The notes below the pieces were generated by a model. That model was not told the origin of the DNA. It made no database searches and saw only the letters and a list, made by a program, of their open reading frames with translations. Below are positions 11,862 to 23,476 of a DNA stretch of 64,000 nt, one piece after another. The first letter of the stretch is position 1. Every line of letters starts with the position of its first letter. The translations under genes were made by a program, and so were the position numbers. This DNA comes from Mytilus californianus (Eukaryota): assembly GCF_021869535.1 (NCBI RefSeq), contig NW_026262690.1, positions 46,996,001 to 47,060,000 on the forward strand, written 5' to 3'.

Positions 11862-12572
11862 TCATGAAAATGAATCAACAGAGTCTTTACCATGATACGC
11901 ACATCCATTTGTAGTAATTGGTGATTTCCTAGAGCATTTTTGTAACATGGTAGGATTGTCATCTGTCGAGAATGTTTTAATGCCGGACATAGAATCTGAA
12001 TCTGGAATGTCGATATGATTAGGTTTAAACCTGACATGACATTGTTTAGGATTTACTACAATATTTTCATCTCCGTTACATGCTTCTTTTGAATTTCCTG
12101 TTGCGTTTTTAGTCAATCGACTGTTTGATCGACAACTTGAATTTCCATCACTGCTACTACTACGTGAAGGTGTAGCCTTAACTTGAAGTTTGTAACGAGG
12201 AAAATTTGAATCGGATCGCAACGGTTCTGCTTCGGGATCCGTAAATGACGACGCGTGAGTAGTGATAGCTGTTGAACGCCTTTGGGACATACTTCCTCTA
12301 TAAAACAGTCGCTGTCTGCAATAATAGTTGCAGAATACTTTTCCAAGAGTTCGCCGGAAACTTTTCCTAAACTTTTCACTCATAGCCGTATAAATGAATG
12401 GATTGACACAACTGTTGATGAATCCGAACAGATGTGTCATCAGCATTGTAAAAAGAAACTGCTCCTCCCGTAAGAAACTTGATTCTTGAAGCTGACTTAT
12501 AATGCTAACAAAATATTGTGGTGACCAAGCTACGATAAATGCTACTGCAACTACAATTACCATTCTTGCTAC
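11862..12572 (-). CDS. Class A peptide GPCR (QRFP/orexin/CCK-receptor-like), last coding exon: TM6, TM7, helix 8, C-tail
   Basis: Acceptor ttacag|GTA GCA AGA ATG. VARMVIVVAVAFIVAWSPQY (TM6, CWxP-like), NSCVNPFIY (NPxxY), SEKFRKSF (helix 8), Ser/Thr-rich tail, stop at 11862. Confidence 0.93.
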   Translation of the reverse strand, partial: VARMVIVVAVAFIVAWSPQYFVSIISQLQESSFLREEQFLFTMLMTHLFGFINSCVNPFIYTAMSEKFRKSFRRTLGKVFCNYYCRQRLFYRGSMSQRRSTAITTHASSFTDPEAEPLRSDSNFPRYKLQVKATPSRSSSSDGNSSCRSNSRLTKNATGNSKEACNGDENIVVNPKQCHVRFKPNHIDIPDSDSMSGIKTFSTDDNPTMLQKCSRKSPITTNGCAYHGKDSVDSFS

Positions 12573-12701
12573 CTGTAATCAAAGGTATAATTTGAATGAA
12601 AAAAAAACAACCAACAGTTAATTAGTTTTCTGCTCTTTCGTCGGGTTGTTGTCTCTTTGACACATTCCCCGTTTCCATTCTCAATTTTATTTTTGAAATT
12701 G

Positions 12702-12803
12702 TCAAAAAAACAAAAGAAGAATATCAAAAAGTACCCTTTTATGATTATGACAATCGTACAATCATAGAAGGGTACTTTTTATATTCTTCTTTTGGTTTTT
12801 TGA
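12702..12803. repeat. Intronic hairpin, ~44-bp arms and 13-nt loop
   Basis: TCAAAAAAACAAAAGAAGAATATCAAAAAGTACCCTTTTATGATT pairs with AATCATAGAAGGGTACTTTTTATATTCTTCTTTTGGTTTTTTGA. Confidence 0.85.
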
Positions 12804-14478
12804 AAATTTTACCGGCTATCATTACGGTAGATATAAAAGTGTTTGTAGTAAAATAAATCGGAAGATACAGGCTAATAAGGAACAATTGTTTCAGCAAATA
12901 ACGCACTTACTTTTGATCGTTTCTAATACTAATACGGACTAAATATTAGCCGGGTGTGTAATGCCAAAACGTCATAAAGTAGAAAGACAGTGAATTATTT
13001 AACATTTATCTGGCTTCTATGTCTACCATTTATCTTGTTTAGTTAAATACTCTGCCACGAATAGCCTACTTAAACGTCCACCTCAATAGCACTTGACTCA
13101 TGCAATCGAGAAAATTGCTCTCGTAAATACATAACTTGTAAATATATGTAAAAGTGAATAGCGTTGACAGCGAAGAATGACAATTCAATCAAGGCAATGT
13201 TTACTCACGAGCCGAATAAAATACAATTGTTCCTTATTATTGTCGCTGAGACAATTAATTTGTTCGTACTTCACGAAATACTTACTTTATTTTGGAATAT
13301 TGCTTTTTTAATAAATAATTCCCAAGTTAAAAAGAAATGACACACTCGCATGGTTATATATTCGTCAAAAAATGCATGTTCTCTATACGGAAAACAAACA
13401 TTTTTAAATTATTGATTCAGTCCTGTGCGATTTTAAGAAATGATAAAAAAAAATAAGGAGTAATCGAAATGAATTTTAACTAAAATTGTCACTTGGGCTT
13501 TGTACAAATAAAAGTTTTTTTTTTCTCCCGAATTATCATATATTTTTTATAAAGACCTAGATTTATTCTTTTGTTCTCCAATAAGGTTGAGAGGGTGGCC
13601 GTCATGTGTATTTATTTTATATCTCAGGTGCTTCAAATAAATTTCAATATACATATAATTGTAATAATGAATATGAATTGCAGATCTCCTGTTTTCAACG
13701 TTAATGTGCACAGATAGTCTGAAAAAAATAATAACTTCAAGAAAACTAACCTGGTGATGAATTTGTGTAAAAGATCAGTTTGCTTTTTGAAATATCTTGT
13801 TCAATCAAAAATAATTGTATTTGAAATGTTTCATTTTGTCAAATAGCACCGATTGGTATTATTTGCTGCTTAAGGCAAACAACTTCGGTTACTTTGTAGG
13901 TTTGCCTATAAACCTGAAGTGTGATCTTTATATTATGTAATAAATATACACATGTATTACAACATCTCTGAAAACATACAAGTTATTCAGTGTTACGTAT
14001 TATTAGATGAATGTTTTATTAAAGGCGCAAGGATGTGCTTATCCTCTCAGAGCTGCTCAGATCACTTCCGGTTTTGATGAGTTCATATTGCCAAATCTTT
14101 TTCGTTCGTTTAATGTGTTCTCTATTTGCAATCTAAGTTTGTCTCGCTTGTAAAGATCTTTATGCATTCTTTGGGTTTTTACGTAAAAGTACAGTAAGCC
14201 TTCTAACAAAGAACACTGAACTAAGAACAGTCAAGGAAGTAAACTTGAGCAATCAATTAATTCACTTAATGACCATTTTATAACAGTCTCAAAGGTCTGC
14301 GTAGAAGTGTTTTTATAATCAGACAACTCTTAACTATACGCTTTAAGGATACAGTTAAACATGTTTATCAAGGAATAAATTGTGCAAACAAGGAAGTAAT
14401 TTTTCGTTCTTAAAAAGTTTAATTCCACGTGTTCGTCTGTCATGTATAACATCATGATTGTACAGTCTGAAACCCTTA

Positions 14479-15418
14479 TAGAATCATGTGCAAAACAGTG
14501 TAGCCGAGACCATTGATTGGCGCGCTAAAATATCCCATTGACTGGGTCAGATTAGGTGAACGTTCCTCTGTAACGCCCACAACTCACGACGTATTTATTA
14601 TAAACATTTAAACTGTGGGGTTGCCAAAGGGTCTCAGTATATATACGAACTACAGTGCACAGTATATTATATACATATTTTATTTGCGATCATAAAATGT
14701 ACGAAGTCGTCCATTACTATGTAAATTGGGTCGATTAAAAAAAAAGCTGAATATGTTTCTGTTGCCAAGGGTTTTTCACAAGTATAGTAGTTAGCAGAAA
14801 AGATCACCAAACTATACATTTTACCTATTCAAAAACGTAAATGCAAATTTCACAAGGCTTGATCCAAATAGCCTTTTTACTGTCCAATAACTTGCAAGTA
14901 CGAAAAAGACAGGAAAGAAGTATATTTGTCTATATGTTTTGTGTTTGCACACTTTTTAAAGTTGATCATGCATTCGTTCTAAAATAAAATTTTGACCAGA
15001 TAAAAGTTAAAAGATGACATAATTGGAAAAACCGCAATTGTTAAATCGCTTTGACGTCCGAAAAAAAGATAATAATCAACACATCCATTGTAACTTTTAA
15101 AGCCAGTTAAATCCTTTTTTGCTGAAAGAACGTCCGATATCATAAAAATTCATTATCAAAACATAACAAAAACACAAGTAAAGAACGTTAAAGTATTCAA
15201 CATAAATCAAAACACAAAGGTTATTCCTGATTAATTTTTCGAATTATTTTATTTAGGCGTTGAGACCCTTTGGTGACCCCACAGTTTAAATGTTTATAAT
15301 AAATACGTCGTGAGTTGTGGGCGTTACAGACGAACGTTCACCGAATCTGACCCAGTCAATGGGATATTTTAGCGCGCCAATCAATGGTCTCGGCTACACT
15401 GTTTTGCACATGATTCTA
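14479..15418. mobile_element. MITE / foldback element with 158-bp TIRs
   Basis: 14479-14636 is a near-perfect reverse complement of 15261-15418; termini TAGAATCATG...CATGATTCTA. No clear TSD seen. Confidence 0.85.
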
Positions 15419-15453
15419 TCTAGTAAACAATACCAAATTTAACAGTATCTCAC

Positions 15454-15844
15454 CTTGCGTTTATTTACTTCGTTTCTCCGTTTTGAATCACGTCTTCGAA
15501 GATGGGTATTCTCAATCACAATCGGTCGAAGCAAGCACATGGCTATTTTTGTACAAGTTCCAATGATTATCATCATGGGTAGGAAATACATAATGACGAA
15601 TAAAAGAATAAAGAAAACTCTCCTAAATGTTCCCGTATTGCCGTCTAGTTCATCAAACCTATCTGAGCATATCTGGCGTGAAATCATGCCATAATCACTA
15701 TAAATTGTAAATACATAATTTTTACAATAAAGATAAGGTGATGCCACTACTATTGGAATGACCCAAGTAACTGCAATAATTTTCTTTGTTCTTGACTTAC
15801 TATTAACCTTCATGGCGGATAATGGGTGCACAATGGCATAATAT
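15454..15844 (-). CDS. Class A peptide GPCR, internal exon: end of TM3 through ICL3
   Basis: Acceptor ttccag|A TAT TAT GCC (phase 2, completing (E/D)R-YYAIVHPL). TM4 W..P, ECL2 Cys, TM5 YFLPMMII; donor AAG|gtgaga in phase 0. 391 bp = 1 + 130 codons; splices in frame to 12572 giving NKRK|VARM. Confidence 0.93.
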
Positions 15845-15984
15845 CTGGAAAATAAAAATTAATATCTTATAATTCTCATTAACTTTTCATAGATTTTACA
15901 TAAACAAAAATATTTACCAAATGTATTTTTAATAATCTGATTCATACTAATTCTAACTGATTTTGACATAACCTTGTGTTTTGC

Positions 15985-16340
15985 TGTTACATCACTATCC
16001 CAGGTAAGGGGAGGGTCGAGCGTTCACACACATGTTTAACCCATTCCGCTCATTATGTACCTGTCCCAAGTTTGGAGCTTGTACCCAGTGGTTGTCGTTG
16101 TTTGCTTTCTGCCATGTCTGTTTACCGTTTATTGTTTTTAGTGTAAATCAGGCCGTTGAATCGGTGTCTAATTGTTCATATTTTGTCAAGCCGGGCCTTT
16201 TATATCTTATTACTACGCGGTATGGGTTTTGCTCATTGCTGAAAGCCCTATTGAGCAGAGTAGTTGTTAACAGCATCGTCCTTAGGTCTCTGGTGAATAG
16301 TTGTCTCATTGGTAATGATAAGACATCGCCTTTTATTTGA
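15985..16340 (-). repeat. Abundant interspersed repeat copy
   Basis: Homologous to 7155-7470 and 19915-20400. Confidence 0.8.
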
Positions 16341-16783
16341 TATTTTTTTTTAAATTATCGTTTTGTCTTCAAGAACTATTTAATAATGCTCCCTGATAAG
16401 ACTTGGCTTACATTAACAAAATGTTGGCATTACCGATCCTTAGACCTTTCATCTTAAGACGCCAAATGTCTTGTTAAATAAAAGGTAATTACTATATATA
16501 TGCACCACTTCATTATTTTAAATACCGATATGTACAAAAAGTCATTTAGTCTGAAAATATATAAGGCACGATATAGTTATTAAGTCTACTAACTAGATTG
16601 TGATGCCATTAATTTGATAATCAACTTGATTGTTATTTTTATGAAAAACGAGATGACAAAAAGTAACCCAACAACTTAATTATGTTATCCGAAAAATATT
16701 TAGATGTAACCACTAATACTTCAACAATGAAAAGTCTACACCTTATGAAAAAAGACCTAAAATGACCCGAGTAACAATAAGTG

Positions 16784-17057
16784 GTGAATAAATTCAGCGG
16801 TTATTGGTCAACCTAAGGTGTGAATAAATTCAGCGGTGAAGGATCTAAACAAGTTGGTAAATAAATTTAGCGGTGACGGGTCTAGACAAGTTCATAAATA
16901 AATTCAGCGGTGACGGATCAAGACAACTTGGTAAATAAAATTAAGTGGTGACTGATCTAGACAAGTTAATAAATAATTCAGCGGTGACGGGTCTAGACAG
17001 GTTAATAAATGAATTCCACGGTGACGTGTCTGGAAAAGTTAGTCAATAAATTCAGCG
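16784..17057. repeat. ~37-bp minisatellite, about 8 copies
   Basis: AATAAATTCAGCGGTGACGGGTCTAGACAAGTT-like units, head to tail with no unique spacers. Confidence 0.85.
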
Positions 17058-18199
17058 CACAAATGACATTTAAACTAATGTATCATCAAAACGTGTAAAA
17101 TTTATTTGCTGAAACCATGATAACCACAACTTTACAAATAACAAAAGGAATCTAATTTATATGAATTTCTTCATATTTATGAAATATTAATGGACAATTG
17201 ATTAAAAAGATTCTAAACGATGGATTTGAACAAATAAGAACGTCGATGCGTGTTTTATATTTGCTTTAAATCTGTTTTGAAATAGCTGTCTTTGTTACTA
17301 ATATGTGGCATTGCTTTCTATTACACAGTCATATTTTTATGATTTCAATTTCAGTTTCATTACTGTTGATATTTGTCTGAAGATATTTGATCCTATCATC
17401 TATTGGATATCAAGTCTGTCAGAAAAATTTCTTTTTCGTCTGATCCCACATGATATAATGCCATTTTTGTAATATATGTTACTTGATGTATTTTAATCCG
17501 ATATTTCAAATCTTTAAGTTACTTTACGTGCATGGATCTTAGATCATTGTCGTCTGTTGGTGTTTCATCATGACTTACTTAGAGCTTGTGATGATATGTA
17601 ATACGGTTGTTGAATGAATTGAATTCTCCTCATAATGTTAGTTAGCCGTCATGTTGACGTTTAACCAAAAGTTTTATAACTATAACTCTACCTAACTGGA
17701 TATAAGCAATGGTTTGTACTGAATGTGTGACAATTGCTGAAGTAAAATATCACGAAAACCGCTTAGAAAATTCAGAAAATACAGACACTGTATTAATATA
17801 TAATTTCTAGGTTTATACCAAGATAGCATATATATAATATTAAGTTTCCGGGGGAATGAGCAATTTAAGGCTGAATTATACCCTTTAATATGGCTTAATG
17901 TAAAAGCATGCTTCACATGCGAAATGTTCTCTGGTATACTGAAGAATGATAACATCATTCATGTCTGGGACTATTTGTGAAATTGTGATATCTCAATTAA
18001 AGGAGCGATCAATTTTTCACAACAACATCAAATCCTACATTTAAATGATCATATGGCAAATATGGCATGCTTGACAATAAATTGGTTTCATGATATGGTA
18101 TGCTGTTAGTTAACTACAGTCGATTTATCCTAAATGTTCGTTTGATCGGTTAATTGTTTCTTATTAAAATTCTAATATAAATAGTTCTTAAGCTTAAGA

Positions 18200-18510
18200 C
18201 TACCTCGATGGTCTAGAAGTAGCGTGCTTGCCTCGAGTGCGGAAAGTCGTGTATTTTATCCCCGACCTAGTCAAAGTCTTTTCCTTGAAGCACAAGGTGT
18301 TAAGGAGTATGAGCAGACTGGTCAGCTCGGCGTAAGAATATTGTGTCCGGGTAGGGTGACATATGTCTTCCTGCGAACTATTACCGTGTGAACTAGCACT
18401 ATACAAATCCGACTCAGCGCAATGATCTAGCACAAAGCAGGGTTCATATTCATATTGCAATAACATGTTCTCGTCCTTAATATGCATTTAATTTGCCACT
18501 GGACGTTAAA
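18200..18510 (+). mobile_element. tRNA-derived SINE with MESC-type central domain (degenerate)
   Basis: tRNA-like head with eroded A/B boxes; AAGCAC...TAAGGAG...GACTGG...GCTCGG...GTGTCCG...AACTAGCACTAT...AATCC body resembling the mollusc MESC domain; tail TTTGCCACTGGACGTTAA. Confidence 0.65.
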
Positions 18511-19914
18511 CAAAGAAGTAAATACAAGTACGTAGATTCTGCAGCAAATCGACCTAGATTAAGGTAGAAAAATTTAAATTTGCATAAATAAGATTGTGTT
18601 TTGAAAAAGGACAGAAATCTCATCTTTCTACCGATCAGTTGCGAACGTGTCAAAGAGTTGGTAAAAGGGCTATTTATTGTGAGGAGTTCAAGACACCCTC
18701 TCAAAACGGAGCATTAGTTTGTTACTCCTCTTTCCAAACAGACGAGGCTAAGTATTTATACATTCTGTACTTCCAAACAAACAACCTCGATCAGACCTGT
18801 GCATATCATTATTCTGTACCCCGTACCCCGAACTCCCTTGAGATCACTTCTGATTGAAGATGTAGATCGTTATGTCTAAGAAGAATACATCTAGCATACG
18901 GTAGATTAATAATTTTATTGACTGTTGGTTGCTTAACGTCCAGTGTCAAATATTGCATATTCAAGATGAAAACAAATAAAAAATCTAAAAGGTAGGGTCT
19001 GCAAAGTGGGTCGACCGAAATGAAAGACTGGAAGTTTAAACTCTCGCAGGAAAAAATAGTTATGTTGGATATTGACAAATATTTTGTCTTCATACAGACC
19101 AACGTTAAGATCCATCAAAGAGTGTTTGCAAAGGTTCTTTAGTGCGCACAGAATGCGGCTCCCTAGCCAATAGAGGAGGTATTATTCTTGAAGCATAATT
19201 GACATTGTATGATATACATTTATTTTGTAGACACGACACCTGACATGGTTATAGATGCTTGTTTGAGTCTGTTAATGAAATTGTAACATGATACACGTTT
19301 GAATTTAAACGTAACACTGGAATCAATCAAATTTATATAGAAACATTACCTAAATTTAATTATAGACGAAATCAGTTTAGAACTGCTATCAATCACCAAT
19401 ACTGCTTACTTGACAGTGTTTAGAGCACAACTGCATGTAGGATTATTTTTACAACTTTCCTTCCATTTAATTTCTATTTCGTGAATATTAGTTTTCTGCA
19501 TTTGTTTGGTTTGTTCTTCAGATAATAGAATTTCAATGCCAGAATCATAGAACAACATGAAAACCAATGTATGTTATTAGATATTAAGCGTTTCACGAGG
19601 GTAGTTTCTACAACGTAAGTCTGATTTAGTGTAATTTTATTATATGTCCTCTAGTCTTCTCTTTGCAATTTTAAATACAATATGCAAACTGATACAAAAT
19701 GCATTTATTCATTTATGAATTTGAATTCATTATGGTCTCCAAAACAGTTCAAAATACGTTTGAAAAACATGTTTGTGCTGTTGTTAGAGGGTGCTTGTTG
19801 AGAAGGTTCGGAGAATTCGATTATCACCATATGAAACAAAAATACCACGGAATTATAGGTAAAACAGAAAATCCAAATGGAAAACACATTAACATTCCTT
19901 AGTCTTGGAGAACT

Positions 19915-20400
19915 TTATTTATTTATTAGTTGTAATTGGCTTTGAGCTAGCTTTCAGTAACTGCGAGTACTCATATTTCGTAGCTTTATGTCTGATGTTT
20001 TTATGTTAGTGGTTTTGTGCCTTGTACAGATCTTTTGAGTTTAACAAATTGCAACACTGTCACATGTTGTTGAAAGTTCACAAACATGTTTAACACCGCA
20101 ACATTCTTTATGTGCCTGTCCCAAGTCAGGAGCCTGTTGTTCAGTTGTTGTCATTGGTTCGTGTCTGTCATATTTACTTTTTGTTTTTTTTGTTTGTTAT
20201 AAATTAGGCCGTTAATTTTCTCTATAGAAATGTGTCACGTTTTTCAGGTCGAAGCATTTCATAGCCTACTAAACGGATTGAATTTTCTCATTGTGGAAGG
20301 TAGCCCGGTTGCCTATATTTGCTTACATCCACTTCTTTTGAACTCTGGAGGACAGTTGTCTCATTGGCAACCAAACCACATCTCCTTATTTTTTTACATG
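19915..20400 (-). repeat. Abundant interspersed repeat copy (long form)
   Basis: Reverse complement of much of 21665-22260. Confidence 0.8.
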
Positions 20401-20424
20401 CAGTATAACATGAACAGTAATAGA

Positions 20425-20495
20425 TGATTGATTGATTGTGTTTAACCCTTACGTCCAGTGGCAAATATTGCATGCGTTTTCAAGACGAAAACAAA
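20425..20495 (-). mobile_element. SINE 3'-tail fragment with (CAAT)n end
   Basis: Reverse complement of the 18480-18510 tail; similar fragments at ~18925-18975 and ~25270-25340. Confidence 0.6.
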
Positions 20496-21460
20496 TTACC
20501 ATTAAACACAATAGGTATATTTTGTTAAGTGTTGAAGCCCCTCCCCCCCCCCCCCCCCCCCCCACTAAAAAAAAACCTTCATAACCTTCATCGAACGCAA
20601 TCAATATGCTCTGCGTTTGTCGCGCGTCCGTCGTTAAATAACCTGCATGTTCATAATCTCCTCTGGGACATTTCTTCAAAAACATTTCTTATTTCATTCT
20701 GATCTGCTCTGAAACTTTAAAACGACATGTTTTGAAACTTAATGGTAATTATAGGACACACTTTTAACAATCTTACTTATAAACATCCTGATATTGGTGG
20801 CACACAACTCCAATAGAACCCTCTGGAAATCACAATTTCATCTCATCTCTGCTAAGCTAATAAATTTTTAATCTTACGTAATTTACGTACATTTTTTTTA
20901 CCAAAGTATAGAGTATCGTCTACACACTCCTTCAGCTCCAATCGGATGAAAAATACATCTTCCAAAGGCACCCTCTTATTCTGATCGGCCAATTTTCAAA
21001 AGTATTCTCCTCAACTACAAGATGTCCTCACTTAATCTCGATCTGCACCAAACATGGCTGCATTGATAACAATTAGTTTTCTTTCCCTATACTTACCAAA
21101 CTTGGCAGTTATTATGTGTTGAAAGTCGTATCCTATTGATCTTACCTGGTAGGATTAACAATAGCAGACTGACCAAATTTCAAATATATTCTCATCTAAA
21201 ACTACAAGACGAAATGTTTTAAAACTGAGGGGGATGGTGAAACATAGCCATCGATCTAAGATAACTTGTCAGAACTTATATTCTCTCGGCAATTAAGGAG
21301 ATTGTTTGCCAGGTAATTGATTCAGGCTTTTAGAAGCCTCTAGTTTGCAATGTCGACAATACCAAAATCTTACTTGATTTTTCTGTTGGTTTCAGGTTCA
21401 TCCCTGAAACCAATTCATAATGATATTTTACTTTTGTTTGTCCAATTGTCAGGAATACAT

Positions 21461-22500
21461 GAACTAGACTGTTTGATCCTTTAAAACAATGGAAACTCCT
21501 ACATATAGCATTTAATTCATTTATGCCATATTGCTAATGAAAACTACCACAACAAATAGTTATATATTTAGACGAATGCAGGCTAAGCTATATATGTTAA
21601 TGGACGCAAAATGTAAAGCAGCGTTAAATCAACTAAACGCGATGTTTGCTTTACATATAGCTATAAAAATAAGGAGATGTGGTATGATTGCCAATTACAC
21701 AACTATCCACCAAAGTTCGAATGAAGTGGATGTAAGCAATTATAGGCAACCGTACGGCCTTCCAACAATGAGAAAAACCAATACCGTATAGTTGGCTTTA
21801 AAAGGTCTCGACATGAAAAATATGAAACAATCCACTTGAGAAAAACTTTCGGCATAATTAATAACAAAACAATTTACGAAAAAAAACAAATATGACAGAC
21901 ATGAACCAGCGACAACCACTTAACTACAGGCTCCTGACTTGGGACATGCACATAAAGAATGTGGCTGGCTTAAACATGTTTGTGAGCGCTCAGCTATCCC
22001 CTAACCTAGAACAGTGGTGTTGCAGCACAAAATAAGAACAAACTATAAAAATCAGTTGAAAATGGCTTAACTCATCAGATCGATACAAAGCAGAAAAACA
22101 TCTAACAAAAACACAGACTGGACGTAGAAAGGGTATTTACACATCCCTAACAACAAAAAAAGACACAAAGTACAGAACTGAGAATACTCACAGTTACTGA
22201 CAACTTACTAGCTCAAAGCCAATAACACTAATAAAAGAAATCATGTATCTAAGACTCACCTCTGAAAATGCTAAGTTAATTTTAACCAAACTCCTCAAAC
22301 AATGTATAGAATACTAGTTTGTTTGATCCTTTAAAAATTGGAAACACCTTCAAGCAGCATTTAATTTCATTTATGCCATATTGCATAATATAACTACAAC
22401 AACTTAGACGAATTCTGACCAAGCTATATATGTTAATGGACGCAAAATGTAAAAGCAGCGTGAATTCAAGTAAACGCAATGTTTGCTCTACACATAAAAT
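21461..22500 (+). repeat. Diverged ~200-bp direct duplication (21461-21665 / 22310-22500) flanking a ~600-bp abundant-repeat copy (21665-22260)
   Basis: Both flanks share TGTTTGATCCTTTAAAA, CATTTATGCCATATTGC and AAGCTATATATGTTAATGGACGCAAAATGTAAA. Confidence 0.8.
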
Positions 22501-23067
22501 GTAAAACCGCATTTACTACATGGTTATACTAAACACATTAACTTAGTTTGTCAATGATGCCTATATCAGTGAACAGATAATTCATCCGAATGAATCATAA
22601 TTAAATGAACTATGCTGCTACATTCTCGCCGGGATTTACGCACACAATCTTATTCAGTTTAGTTTAGTGGTTATATAACTTTTCGAGATATAATTAATTT
22701 CATGTTGACTTTCTTCATTAACGTATGTTTCACAAAATAAATATCATTTAATTGGGTTGAATGTGTTCACGCAAGAAAAGAAATCAAGCTATGGAATATT
22801 GTAATTAATGGTTCAATGCAGTCAAGTAAAGTAAGAAATATGGATGATAAATGGTCTGTTTTGGTTACTTTGGCCACGAAATTTATAAATGTAATTGAAT
22901 TTAATGTTTGTGTAGAATAACATATCTAGGATATACAAGTATATACAAACCAAGTATAATAAAGAAAAATATCATGATGTCGAATTTCGAATTTTGAATT
23001 GCAAACTTTAAATATTTGATATCAAACCTCGAATCTTGACTTACATATATGGGGTTCACTAATAATA

Positions 23068-23476
23068 ATAAAGAGCATGACACGCCCGTCGCCCTTTTAG
23101 TTTTAATTTTTCAACGAATAAATTTCCATAACTCCGCAATGTCATATCAGAAATTTATAAAAAAAAAAAACGGGAGCTTGTTTCAATAGATATAAACAAG
23201 TCACCATAGTTTCATGGAAAAATCATCAAAGCATTTTTGAGTTACTGTCTGAAAACTGGAAAATCCCCCCTTTAATATGATTAAAATTTCTTAACTCGGA
23301 AACGTAAAAATCTAAAATTTACAAAAATCGAAAGGGAGCTTAAGTCAATAGATATAAATCATTAACCAAAGTTTCATGAAAATTGGTGAAAGCGTTTTTG
23401 AGTTATTGTTTGAAATGTTAACGACGGAAGAACAGACGGTCCATAATACGTCCCGTCTTCGATGGGCGTATATAAA
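23068..23476 (+). mobile_element. HINE/pearl-like element with two ~165-bp core units
   Basis: 5' AAAGAGCATGACACGCCCGTC and 3' hairpin ATACGTCCCGTCTTCGATGGGCGTAT (subterminal IR ACGCCCGTC/GATGGGCGT); ACGG/ACAG microsatellite; duplicated GGGAGCT..TCAATAGATATAAA core. Confidence 0.65.

Noticed and set aside
16784-17057. ~37-bp repeats resembling a CRISPR array
   Set aside because: Units are head to tail with no unique spacers, there are no cas genes, and the context is eukaryotic.
22060-22085. CTGATGAG on the minus strand as a hammerhead core
   Set aside because: No GAAA after the putative stem II.
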